Positions 23,707-36,022 of a DNA stretch of 64,000 bases are shown piece by piece. The notes under the pieces were generated by a model. It had not been told where the DNA came from and made no database searches. It saw nothing but the letters and a program-made list of their open reading frames with translations. The DNA lies in contig QPGO01000025.1 of the NCBI GenBank assembly GCA_008632985.1, forward strand, positions 372,001 through 436,000, given 5' to 3'. Source of the stretch: Psammoneis japonica. Taxonomy: Eukaryota. The first letter of the stretch is position 1. Every line of letters begins with the position of its first letter. The translations under genes and the position numbers were made by a program.

Positions 23707-24907
23707 TGCAACATGCGTTGTCATGTACGTGTCATGTGTGTGTGTCCATGTGTTAAATAAAAGCACATTTCAATCGCACGTCAATCGTGGGTTCGTACGA
23801 AGTGCAGATCAGTCACACAGAAGTGATCGGATGTCGAGAATCGCAAATGCGATCGCACGATGATGTTGACATCTTGTGTGTCAACATCAATCGAATCCGG
23901 ACAATCTGTCGTCACGATCATGTTCTCCGAAAGGCCTTTTGTCTGTAGGAGCAGTGCAAAAGGTTTAGGCTGTTGAGAACCCGTTCGGAGAAACCCAAAG
24001 TGATTGCGCAGAAATGATTCTCATAATTTTCACCTTTTGAACTTCACTCTACTTTCGTTTGCACTCGTTCTTCGAGCACAGTGCATTGTGCACACACACC
24101 ACAGAAGGTGATGAGTTCAAGATGAAGCTTTCACCTCATGTGGCCAATGCCAAGACTTCGTCAAGGCAGGAGAAAATCGTCCCTCAACCGCTGGAATCGA
24201 ACTCCGAGCCGAAGAGCCTCAAACCGAGCCAGCACCTCAAGATGGAGCAATGTTTTCATCCCGAGAAGAAGGACAGCCGCACCCACACCATCAATGTTGA
24301 GCACTGCAAGAAACAAGGTGTCCCCAAGTTCATCAAATTTCTCAAGAGCTGCGATCAACTTCTGGTGGGCCAGAATGTCAGGAAGCAATCTGATGAGTTT
24401 CGTCTCATGCGTGTGTTGCTCCAAGGAGATGCTCTACGTGCCTTCGAGAATGCGGCAGCGAACCTTGAAGACGAATCTGCGGAAGGAAGCTTTGCAACAT
24501 GCGTTGTCATGTGCGCACTACACACGTACATCTACACATTAAACAAAAGTGTGTTTCAATCGTACGTCAATCGTGGGTTCGTACGAAGTACAGATCAATC
24601 ACACAGAAGTGATCGGATGTCGGGAATCGCAAATGCGATCGTACGATGATGTTGACATCTTATGTGTCAATGTCAATCGCATCCGGACAATCTGTTGTCC
24701 CGATCATATTCTCCGAAAGGCCTTTTGTCTGTAGGAGCAGTGCAAAAGGTTTAGGCTGTTGAGAACCCGTTCGGAGAAACCCAAAATGATTGCGCAGAAA
24801 TAATTCTCATAATTTTCACTTTTTGAACTTCATTCTACTTTCGTTTACACTCGTTCTTCGAGCATGGTGCATTGTGTGTACACACCACAGAAGGCAATGA
24901 GTTCAAG

Positions 24908-26062
24908 ATGAAGCTTTCACCTCATGCAACCAACGCCAAAACTTCGTTAAGGCAGGAGAAAATCGTCCCTCAACCGCTGGAATCGAACTCCGAGCCGAAG
25001 AGCCTCAAACCGAGCCAGTGCCTCAAGATGGAGCAACGTTTTCATCCCGAGAAGAAGGACAGCCGTGCCCACACCATCAATGTTGAGTGCTACAAGAAAC
25101 AAGGTGTCCCCAAGTTCATCGAATTTCTCAAGAGCTACGATCAACTTCTAGTGGGCCAGAATGTCAGGAAGCAATCTGATGAGTTTCGTCTCATGCGCAT
25201 GTTACTCCAAGGAGACGCCCTACGTGCTTTCGAGAATGCGGCAGCGAACCTTGAAGATGAATCTGCGGAAGGAAGCTTCGAGAAATGCCTGCAACATCTC
25301 ACGAGGCATGTGTTTCCCAAGAACGCACTTTCGGTGCAGAAACGTTATTTGCGTCGTGATCTCAAGAAGCCGGAGTCCATGAAAGTACGCGAAATTGCTG
25401 CTTGGGTCCAGGAAGTCAACGAAGACCTCAAGTTCTATCCTCCCTTTGGGAAGGAACAGAAGATCGAGGACGACGAGCTCAAGGACATCCTCTTCAACCT
25501 TGCACCTCGAAAGTGGCAGCGTCAGTCGACCGTCCAGGGTTTCGAAATTTTGAAACATACCTGTGACGAGCTGGTTGAGTTCTTGGAGCGCCTGGAGGTC
25601 GCAGAAGACATGTTTGATGGCATTCATGCCAAGGCTGATGGCAGTGGCGGCACTGCATCAAAAGCCAAGAGTGGTTCCCAACGTGGTTCCAAAAATGGTC
25701 ACCAACATGGTGCCGAAAAATCTCAGTCCGAGAAGTGGTGCATTTTGTGCGAGAAACCCACTCATAACACGGACAAGTGCTGGTCGATCAAAAGACTTGC
25801 GAAAGAACGCCTTGGGAACTATGAACCCGACCCGAAACGGCGCCGTTCAAATGGCAATCGCACGTGGTCTCGTCGCGACAACGACAACGCCGCTCGCAAA
25901 GAAGAGTTGAATGCCATGGCGATCCAAGCAGTTCAAAAAATGCTCAAAGCGAGTTCTTCGAACAATGATGAAAAACACAAGAGCAAAGATTGTGATTCTG
26001 ACACCCTTGACGAGGAAAATCATCAGTTTGAAAAAATGACGCGCAGTGATTCCGAGGAATGA
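24908..26062 (+). CDS. Gag of element 3
   Basis: Open 384-codon frame with LLQGDAL, QKRYLRR and CILCEKPTHNTDKC zinc knuckle. A truncated duplicate of its 5' part lies at 24122-24492. Confidence 0.85.
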   Translation: MKLSPHATNAKTSLRQEKIVPQPLESNSEPKSLKPSQCLKMEQRFHPEKKDSRAHTINVECYKKQGVPKFIEFLKSYDQLLVGQNVRKQSDEFRLMRMLLQGDALRAFENAAANLEDESAEGSFEKCLQHLTRHVFPKNALSVQKRYLRRDLKKPESMKVREIAAWVQEVNEDLKFYPPFGKEQKIEDDELKDILFNLAPRKWQRQSTVQGFEILKHTCDELVEFLERLEVAEDMFDGIHAKADGSGGTASKAKSGSQRGSKNGHQHGAEKSQSEKWCILCEKPTHNTDKCWSIKRLAKERLGNYEPDPKRRRSNGNRTWSRRDNDNAARKEELNAMAIQAVQKMLKASSSNNDEKHKSKDCDSDTLDEENHQFEKMTRSDSEE

Positions 26063-29000
26063 CTTGCACCGCAAGAGGAGTCTTGCGCTCTGCTGGATGT
26101 TGGGAAGCCCAGAAAAAGGGCCAAAGTAATTCATGCTAGTCCAGCAGTCGTCGCCCATATGAACACTTCATTGGGTGAGGCAAAAAATAAGCCTCTGCGC
26201 GTTCTCCTCGATGGCGGAACATCGTCAACCATAATTTTGCGCAAATTCACGCGGAAACTCAGAACAAAAGTGTCCGCCACCAAACTCTGGGAAACCAAAG
26301 GAGGGCTTTTCACGACTGACAGTCGATGTAAGATCCAATTCACCTCACCCGAATTTGACAAACACAAGATGATTGAAACAACGGCACATGTTGACAACTC
26401 CCCTTCTTCTTCGAGTCGTTGTGACATGATCATGGGACGCGACTCAATGTCAAGTCTTGGGACAACATTGGACTTCTCGAATGAAGAAATTAAGTGGGAA
26501 GATGCAACTGCTCCTGTGAAGAATGTTGATGCACTCTTCGATGCCGATGTTTTTAAGTTGATTGCCAATCACATTGAGGAATCTCATGCAGTGATTGGTC
26601 TCAATGACAGGGTCAATCGGATCCTTGACTCAGACTGTCACGCTGCAAACCTCAACAATGTGACCGCAGCAGCTGCTCATCTAACTCCTGAAGAGCAGAA
26701 GCAGCTGAGCTTCCTCTTAAAAAGATTTGAAAACCTTTTCGATGGTTCTCTGGGCAAATGGACCGGGAAACCGGTGGATTTAAAGTTGAAATCGGGCGTG
26801 AGTCCGCATCATGCCAAACCATTTCCCATGCCACAAGCCTTGGAGGCGACTGCTCGTAAGGAGGTTGAAAGACTGTGCAAGTTGAAAGTCTTAAGAAAAA
26901 TAAATTGTTCTGAATGGGCGGCTCCAACCTTTGTTCAACCCAAGAAAAATGGCAGAGTTCGGTTCTCACCCGACTTTCGAGAGCTGGGTAAGAGGTTAAT
27001 TCGTGCTCCGTTTCCTCTGCCCAACATTCAGGACATGCCACAGAAGCTCGAAGGCTTCATGCATGCAACGTCCCCAGATTTAAACATGGGATGCTGTCAC
27101 ATCGAATTGACGCTGCATGCACGTCGCTTGTGCACGATCGTCATGCCTTGGGGCAAACATGAGCACTGTAGACTCCCGATGGGAATCTGTGGAGCTCCAG
27201 ATGTTTTCCAAGAGCACACGAGTGAGCTCATGGCAGGTCTGGAGTTCGTCAGAACTCACATTGACGACACATTGTGTCTTGCAAAAGGTGATTTTCAAGA
27301 CCACCTCAAGAAGCTTGAAACGGTGTTCTTGCGCCTAGAACAAGCCGGATTGAAGGTCAACGCCGAGAAGTCCTTTTTCGCTAAACCCGAAGTGGACTGT
27401 CCAGGCTTTCATGTCACCCGCAAGGGCATCAGTCCGATTCCAAAAAAAGTAGAAGCGATTCACGCGATCGCAACTCCTAAAACTCGCAAGGAATTGCGAC
27501 GCTTTATCAGTGTGATCAACTGCTGTCGAGACATGTGGCCTCGACGATCTCATGTTTTAGCTCCTTCAGCCAAACTCACTTCTGCCCAAGTAAAGTGGCA
27601 ATGGACCGAAACAGAACAAAAAGCCTTCGAAAATGTGAAGCGCATCATCTCCAAAGACATGCTGTCATCACACCCGAATTTTAATGTGCCCTTTGAGACA
27701 TGTGCCGATGCCAGCAAATCTCAATTGGGGGCGGTTGTTACTCAGAAAAACCGACCAATTGCCTTCTACAGCCGCAAGCTGAATGGAGCGCAGACGCGTT
27801 GTGCTGCAACGGAAAAAGAGCTGTTGTCCACAGTGGAGACGTTAAAAGAGTTCCGAAATGTGCTGTTTGGCCAACAGACAAACATGCACACGGATCACAA
27901 AAATCTCACACACAAAAATTTCACAACGGACAGAGTCATGCGTTGGCGTCTAATAAAATGGAAGAATGCAGTCCCAAAATAACATGCCTTCTACCCAAGT
28001 GAAGTGGCAATGGACCGAAACAGAGCAAAAAGCCTTCGAAAATATGAAGCGCATCATCTCCAAAGATGTGCCATTGTCACACCCGAATTTTAACATGCCC
28101 TTTGAGACATGTGCCGATGCTGGCAATTCTCAATTGGGGGCGGTTGTTACTCAGAAAAACCGACCAATTGCCTTCTACAGCCGCAAGCTGAATGGAGCGC
28201 AAACGCGTTGTGCCACAACAGAAAAAGAACTGTTGTCCACAGTGGAGACGTTAAAAGAGTTCCGCAACACACTGTTTGGCCAACAGATGAACATGCACAC
28301 GGATCACAAAAATCTCACACACAAAAATTTCACAACGGACAGAGTCATGCGTTGGCGTCTAATGAAATAGAAGAATGCAGTCCCAAAATGACATGCCTTG
28401 AGGGCAAGGCAAATGTTGTCGCAGATGCGATTAGCCGACTTGCTATGAAGAAAATAGAACCCATGGAAACCCTCAGCACAGAAGAGCTGGCTGAAAAGGT
28501 CCCACCAAAATCCTGCGACAATGTCTTTCCGTTAAATTACAAAGTTCTTGATTATGAACAAAAACGGGACAAAGACATTCTCTCCCAATTGTCAAATAAG
28601 ACGTTTCATACGAAGACTTTTCGTGGAGGCGAGCGAGACCGGTTGCTCACATGTCATAAGGATAAAATTGTCGTCCCGAGGACGTTACAAAAGGCAGTGA
28701 TAGATTGGCATCACACGCACCTTCTTCACCCTGGCATAAATCGAACAGAAGAAACAATCTCACAACACCTGTGGTGGTCCACCTTACGTGAAGACATACG
28801 AAAATACGTGTCGAGATGTGAGACGTGCCAAAAATTCAAAAAGAAACACAAGAAACATGGACATTTACCTCCTAAGTGCGCAGAATCCGTGCCATGGGAA
28901 CGACTGTGTGTGGACCTTGTTGGGCCATACAAAATACGTCGTAAGGGAAAGAAAAAACCCCCAGTCCTGAAATGTTCAACTATGATCGATCCAGCAACTG

Positions 29001-29674
29001 GATGGTTTGAAGTTGTGGAAATCCCAAACAAGGAGTCCACAACTGCAGCTGGACTGCTAGAACGAACATGGTCAAGCAGACATCCTTGGCCATCGTCAAT
29101 TGCATGTGACCGTGGAAGTGAGTTCATCAGACACCAATTTAGAGAAATGGTGCAAGATGATCATGGCATTGAAGTCAAGCCTGCAACTGCATGAAATCCA
29201 CAAGCAAATGCAGTTGTTGAACGTGCACATCAAGCACTGGGGAACATGCTCCGCACATTTGATTTGCAACACACACCTCTGGACACTGAGGATCCTTTCG
29301 CTGGAGTGCCATCAGCGGCAGCGTTTGCGGTGCGTTCTGTGCATCACACCACTGCGCAAGCTACACCAGGACAACTGGTCTTCAATGGAGACATGACATT
29401 CAACGTCCAACATGTCGCAGACTGGAAACCAATCCAGCAGCGAAAACAAGAAATCACAAATAAAAACAACGCTCGAGAGAATGCTCGACGCACTCCTTGC
29501 ACGTGCAGAGCAGGAGAAAAGACACTGCTCGAGAAAGACTCGCAAAAATTAGAACAGCCCTGTGTTGGACCGCATGCAATGACAACGGCACATGCCAATG
29601 GCACAGTGCAGATCAAACGCGGCAACGTCATTGACACTGTCAACATTCGTCGAATGGCGCCGTTTGACGACTGA
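26063..29674 (+). pseudogene. pol of element 3 (PR LLDGG, RT with THIDD, RNase H duplicated, integrase)
   Basis: ORFs 26159-27982, 27966-28370, 28109-29194 and 29246-29674 with Gypsy motifs; frameshift caused by a 409-bp tandem duplication. Confidence 0.92.
27582..28399 (+). repeat. 409-bp tandem duplication of the RNase H region
   Basis: 27582-27990 repeats at 27991-28399, with CTT microhomology at the junctions. Confidence 0.93.
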
Positions 29675-30079
29675 CTCTAATGTGCAATTGGGGAGGCGAG
29701 TGCAACATGCGTTGTCATGTGCGCACTACACATGCATGTCCACATGTTAAATAAAAGTGTGTTTCAATCGCACGTCAATCGTGGGTTCGTACGAAGTGCA
29801 GATCAGTCACACAGAAGTGATCGGATGTCGAGAATCGCAAATGCGATCGTACGATGATGTTGACATCTTGTGTGTCAACATCAATCGTATCCGGACAATC
29901 TGTCATCACGATCATATTCTCCGAAAGGCCTTTTGTCTGTGGGAGCAGTGCAAAAGGTTTGGGCTGTTGAGAACCCGTTCGGAGAAACCCAAAGTGATTG
30001 CGCAGAAATGATTCTCACAATTTTCACCTTTTGAACTTCATTCTACTTTCGTTTGCACTCATTCTTCGAGCACAGTGCA

Positions 30080-33000
30080 GATGTGGGACTTGAGTGTGCT
30101 GCACCAACCCCAAAAACAAAACCAATTGAACCATCAAATGTGGTCCCCACAACCTTGTTCGCGGCGCGATTCATTCAAGATGAGGAAAGCAAGCGCGTGA
30201 TGCGGGTGTTGCTTGATTCCGGTGGAACCCATTCAATGATTCATGCTCGGGTGTTGCCGGTTGGAGCGGTTCCAGCATTGGAAGAGACAGGACCAATTCA
30301 TGCGAAGTTCAGGACAACAGCGGGAGAATTCGAATCAACTTGTTGTGTTCGACTGCAGGACTTGGTGCTCCCTGAATTCGACAAGATGAAACATGTTGAC
30401 GGCATGCATGTGCATGTGTTTGACTCACCCTGCCAATGTGACATGATCCTTGGACAGGACTTCTTGGTGAGAGCGGGTGTCACATTGGATTTCGAGCACG
30501 GAATTGTCAAGTGGCTCGGTTCAAGCATTGCGATGAAGCCGAGGAATCAGCGGACTGGCACCCAGCAATGGCTCGATGATTTGACTGATGAGCCAGCCAA
30601 TGATGATGAAGTGTGGGACAGCTGCATCCTCGATGCAAAGCATGAGGAGATGTCCCTTCTGAAGTGGCTTCAGCTCAGAAGCATCTTGCTGCCGGACAGC
30701 AAGAGAAATTGCGCCTCGTGTTGGAGAAACACACTGCTCTTTTTGATGGCACCCTTGGCAAGTGCACTGGCGAAAAAGTTCACCTTGACATTGATCCTGA
30801 CGCCGTTCCGTGCCATTCTCGAGCGCATGCAGTGCCGCACAATGATCTCGAGACTTTCAAGCAAGAATTGGATCACTCAGTGGCTCTTGGCGTTCTTGAA
30901 GAAGCCGGAACTTCGGAATGGGCTGCAGGTGCCTTTGTTCAGCCGAAGAAAGATGGTCGAGTGTGGTGGCTCAGTGATTTTCGGGAACTCAACAAAGCCC
31001 TCAAGCGCAAGGTTTGTCCCTTGCCGATCATTCAAGATGTGTTGCAAAAGAGAGCAGGGTGCAAATTTCTTGCAAAGTTGGATCTCTCAATGATGTGCTG
31101 CACGTTTGAACTGGACGACGATTCCAAAGATCTGACGACAATCGTGACACCCTTTGGAAAGTGTCGATGCTGCTGTCCAGCAATGGGTTTGAAGCCGGCT
31201 CCGGATGTTGCGCAACACTTGATTGAGAAAACTGTGCATGACTTGGACGTTGATGCATGTGTTGATGATCTCGCTCAATTTGATGACAATTTTGACATTC
31301 ACCTTGGTCGTCTCGACAAACTCCTGCAACATTTGGAAGAAGCTGGATTTAAAGTGAATCCTTTGAAATGTGAATGGTGTGTGCAGGAAACAGATTTCCT
31401 TGGGCATTGGCCAACTCCGACTGGAATTCGTCCGTGGAAGAAGAAAGTGGAAGCTGTTCTGCGAATGCAACCTCCGGAAAATGTCAAGCAGCTTCGTTCG
31501 TTTCTTGGTGCTGTGACACACTGTCGCAACATGTGGCCTTGGCGTTCTCACTTGTTGAAACCCTTGACAGATCTCACAGGCAAAGGCTCGTGGACGTGGA
31601 CAGCAGATTGTCAGGCGGCGTTCGAAGAGATGAAAGCAGCTCCAGCGGCCGAGACGTTGATGGCGTGTCCGAATCATGACAAACCCTTCCACATCTGTGC
31701 CGATGCCAGTGATCACCAAATGGGTGCAGTGATTGTACAAGACGGAAAACCCATTGCATGCTGGTCTCGAAAGCTGAACGCGGCGCAACAAAACTGCTCG
31801 ACGATCGAAAAAGAACTCTTGGCCGTTGTCATGTGCTTCCGCGAATTCCGAACGATGCTCCTTGGCGACGACTTGCACGCATTCACCGACCACAAGAACC
31901 TCACCTTTCGCACCTTGAATTCACAACGTGTGCTCCGTTGGCGCCTCTTTCTGGAAGACTTTGCCCCTCAATTCCATTGTGTCGAAGGCCGCTTGAATGT
32001 CTTGGCTGATTGTTTTTCTCGTTTGCCTTGCATGGATCCTCCCTCTGAAGGGAAGAGCTTGGCTCTGGGCAAAGGAACTGTTGTTGATTTTGCTCCACTC
32101 GATTCGAAGTTGGTGCCGAGTGAGGAACCATCCGAAGTCGAGGATTTCCACGATGAGGACTTGGAGCTCGGCGCATGCCGATTCAAGTGTTGTCGCAACA
32201 TTGAAAATGAAGTCCACTCACACTTCTTCTCTTTCTTTGTTGATGAGCCGAAACTGTTCGATTCCTTTTTGAATCACCCTGCGATGCAGGAGATGCAAAA
32301 TCCAATGACGTTACAATGGATTCAAGAGCACCAGTTCGAGGACCAACAATTGAACCAGATGCACATTGCTCACCCTGATCATTTCCTTTGTGGAATGTGT
32401 GAACAATCGACCGCTTGTGTGTTGTCGCATGCGACCAAATGATCCTCCAGGACAGTGGAAAATCTGTTTGCCGACTGCGCTTGTGCCCGACATCTTACGG
32501 TGGTGTCATCTCGTCCTTGGCCATGCCAGAAGCCAGCGCATGCGTGAAACAATCCAGGCTCATTGTTGTCACCCTGGGTTGCGTCGTGTGTGTGATGAAC
32601 ATTCTTGTGCTGATTGCCAACGCAACAAAACTTTGGGTCCTGGCTGTGGAGAGCTGCCCAAATGAGAAGCTCCATTGACTCCCTGGTTGGAAGTGGCAGT
32701 TGACCTCATTGGCCCATGGAAAATCAAAGTGCCGAATGGAGAGATTGAGTTTCGGGCATTGACCTGCATTGATCCTGTCTCTGATCTTGTTGAACTGGTG
32801 AGAATTGAGAACAAAACTGCTCGACATGTTGCCAACCAATTCGAAAACTGCTGGCTTGCACGCTGTCCCAGACCGAATCGATGCATCCACGACAACGGCG
32901 GCGAGTTCACTGGGTGTGAGTTTCAGATGCCATTGCAACAAGCCGGAATTGATGATGTGCCGACTGCTTCATGCAACCCTCAAGCCAACGCCATTTGTGA

Positions 33001-33469
33001 ACGAATGCACCAGACTGTCGGCAATGCATTGCGCACGCTCATTGCTTCTAATCCACCTCAAAACCTTCAGGGTGCAGCCAGCCTCGTGGACGATGCTTTG
33101 GCAACTGCAGTGCATGCAACCCGCTGTGCTGTTTCCCGTTCCTTGCAGATTTCACCAGGTGCCATGGTGTTCGGACGTGACATGATCTTAGACATCCCAG
33201 TGCTGGCGGATTTGTTGACGATTCAAGGCCATCACCAGATGCTGATCAACGACAACTTGCGATGAGCCAATGCCAAGAGAAGATCCTGCGATTGTCAAAT
33301 GGGTGATCAAGTTCTAATCAAGTCCATTGAGCCATCCAGACTCGAGCCTCGTGCTCATGGCCCTCATCCTGTTGTTCAAGTGCATGCAAATGGCACACTC
33401 TCGGTTCGTCGAGCTCCTCATGTGGTTGAGCGCCTCAACACTCGGCGCCTGATTCCTTTTCGCGGTTGA
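30080..33469 (+). pseudogene. pol of element 2 (PR, RT with CVDD, RNase H, integrase) with frameshifts and stops
   Basis: LLDSGG, DFRELNK, DACVDD, TDHKNL, VDLIGPW, HDNGGEF; colinear with element 1 pol. Confidence 0.93.
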
Positions 33470-33592
33470 TCAGGGGGTTTTCTTCCCAACACCTGGGTTT
33501 CCTCCTGTCATCATCTTTGCTTTTGGTTTTGGTCCTTGGTTTTTGGCCCTTTGCATGATCCTCCAGTTCTTTCGGATCATGGAAGGGAAGAG

Positions 33593-33756
33593 TGCAGCAA
33601 CTCACTCGCACGCTTCTGACGTGTGGCATCAATTTTGGACATTGGATTGATGCAGCCATTTGAGAGAGGCTCGCCAGCGTTCGCTGACGCTCAGGCTCCC
33701 CTCTCTTTGGTCTGCTCACTTCTTTGTTTTGACATCAGTTTCAGCTTGAGCTTGCA
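33593..33756 (+). repeat. 3' LTR of element 2 (all TpA converted)
   Basis: Same length as the 5' LTR, 17 substitutions, no TA left. Confidence 0.96.
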
Positions 33757-36022
33757 ATGTCTGGTCGGTCATCATTGCAGTGCAACTCACAAATGACCTG
33801 GAAACAAATCCCCTTCAGCATGTGAACGTGAACCCACCGCACTCGGGAGGTCGGTGGTCGCATTTTTCAGTCGCTTGTGCTTGTGTTGCAGTGCACGTGG
33901 CACAGAAATAAAAGGGTTCTACGCTGGGCTGCACGCAAAACTGTTTCACCTGCCACCTCTTGCTCCAAACCCAAAATTGGTCAAATTAAAATTTTGAGCA
34001 CACCTCACATGCCAAAATCGACCATTTTCTTTCGATCTGTCGGCGGACCTGATGCGAAAAACGATCAGAAAGTCAATTTTTCGACACAGCCGGTTTTTGA
34101 AAACTCAAAATAGACCCACTCTGCTGATTTTCGAGAATGGATCCGCCGACAGTTCATTTCCTCATTGTTTTTAGTGCAAACATGCGCAACCATCGACCAA
34201 AAATTCCAAGCATTTGGCTTCGAATGAGCACTTCAGTCTTGCTCGGCTTTCGCCCGCAGGAGCCACACTGTTTCCTGCTGACGGTGTCTCTGAACGCACG
34301 AAATGACCCCGTCATGCACATCCCAAATGTCATGCACAAACACATGTGCACGTCATTTCATGTGAACACCTGCGCAAAATGCACATCAATTCAACTTTGA
34401 TCATTTCTAGTTCACTCTAAACATCTGTGAGTCAGCCGGGGCAGGGCTGGTTGGTCGCACACGTTTGGGTTCGATGCAGCTGTGCAACTGGCCATGCCCT
34501 GCAGGAAAAGCTGTTTGGTGGCGTGCGAGCAGATGCAGCACAGTGTGCGGTGTGCATGGTGCGTGCTGTAGAAGCAACAAAGCAACAAAGCAAAGAGCAC
34601 GGCGTGGGTCAAAACGTTGTAAAATGACGCGACAACAAGCAGCAAGAAGAAACCCAACTTGACCCATGAACACAGCGCATGAACATTGTGCAACAACTTC
34701 AACAGTGTCTCGCATTCCCTGCTTGTAGATCAGTGAACGCCGCTCGCATGTTGCTCACCATGGTGTTGTTGGGCGTTGTCGTGTTGTTTGCGCACGAAGA
34801 ACATTCTGTCCATTTGTCCGACAGTGACTTTGTTTTGCCAACAGTGGACATTTTGCTGTGCACAATCTGCAGACATTTTGAGAAGTGCTTCGGGGAAACC
34901 CTGTTCGGACCGTTGAATAGAAATTTTTTTTACACAGATTTAAAAATGTGTTTCGGGGTGTTCCTCACTTTTTTGAATTTGGGTGTGTGCGTTTTAAAGA
35001 CCAAAGAAATGTCAATGACATGTAAAATCCTCAGAGACCGCAACAAATTTATGTTCCATGTAGACCACGTAAACTGTGTGCTGGTGGAAAATCCACCGCC
35101 TGATGCGCTCCAGGTCTGGGTGGGGCCTCGCACTGCTGAACTGTGACATCGACAGTTTTTTGAGTCTCGTCGTATGTTGCGCACGTAGATTTCTACGTGA
35201 TTTTTTCAACATTTTGTGTCATTTTACGGTGCACTTGTTGAGTGATCCGTCCAACAACTTTTGACATTTTTTGTTGCAGCGCGATTCTTTGATGTCTTAA
35301 GAATCGCGTGGGGCAGGCGAAGTTGCAAAAACGTCAAGTGGCAAGAGGCACAATTGCACCACAAACTTGGCCATTTATTTGATGTTGAAGATGAACACAT
35401 CCATTGATTAAATTCTCGCACCACGGAGCTCGCACGCAGAATTCTGCAGGCCCAATGTCACACGGAGTCCCACCTGGGGCTGGAACGTGTCGCCTGTCAA
35501 CTCATCAGCAGCAATTCTGCGTGTGCTCCACTTGCACCTCACACACGCACACACACCTGCGCAGTCCAATGACGCGCACACGTGCGCGAGACCAGAGACC
35601 ACAGCAAAGGCGCCGTTGGAAAGAGCAGATTCTCAGCTTTCATCGATGTGCCGTTTTGCAGTGTGCCTTGCCACTGGACAACATGGCGAGACCGTGCATG
35701 AGCCTCTTGTGCATGGCAACGCAGCATTGTCAACACGCACCTGGGAAGCATGACCACAGGAGGGCGTGGCTCCAGGTCTTGGGCAATTCCAGAAGGATGC
35801 CAAGAGAGCATCCATGTGAAGCACACCAGCCCGTCGTCTGGCCCACGATGGCAGCGTGATTCCACACGATGACATCACTCGTGCATGGCGCGTGGTGGCT
35901 TGATGATTCGCACGATCCACAATGCGAACGCACGATCGATTTGATGCGATCCAAATGCGAACGAACAGGGATTTGGCAAGATTCCCTGTTCGCACGATCC
36001 CACTTTCTCTGCTCTAAACTGG

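Larger units (their letters stand above)
23707..30079 (+). mobile_element. Ty3/Gypsy LTR retrotransposon, element 3 (family B), three-LTR structure nested in element 2
   Basis: 379-bp LTRs at 23707-24085, 24493-24871 and 29701-30079; 4-bp TSD GATG (23703-23706 / 30080-30083); PPT GGGGAGGCGAG just before 29701. Confidence 0.95.
21934..33756 (+). mobile_element. Ty3/Gypsy LTR retrotransposon, element 2 (family A), interrupted by nested element 3
   Basis: 164-bp LTRs at 21934-22097 and 33593-33756; TSD ATGTC (21929-21933 / 33757-33761); PPT GGAAGGGAAGAG at 33581-33592; gag/pol homologous to element 1. Confidence 0.96.

Noticed and set aside
26060..26062. Gag-pol stop-codon readthrough (TGA in element 3, CAA at 37578 in element 4)
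   Set aside because: Both an ancestral TAA (TpA mutation) and an ancestral CGA (CpG decay) give TGA and CAA, so this cannot be resolved without an intact copy.
21934..33756. Explaining the pattern by classical RIP or CpG deamination alone
   Set aside because: Those are C-to-T processes. The outgroup LTR and conserved Tyr codons show TA is ancestral and lost; CpG decay accounts for only 3 of 17 LTR differences.
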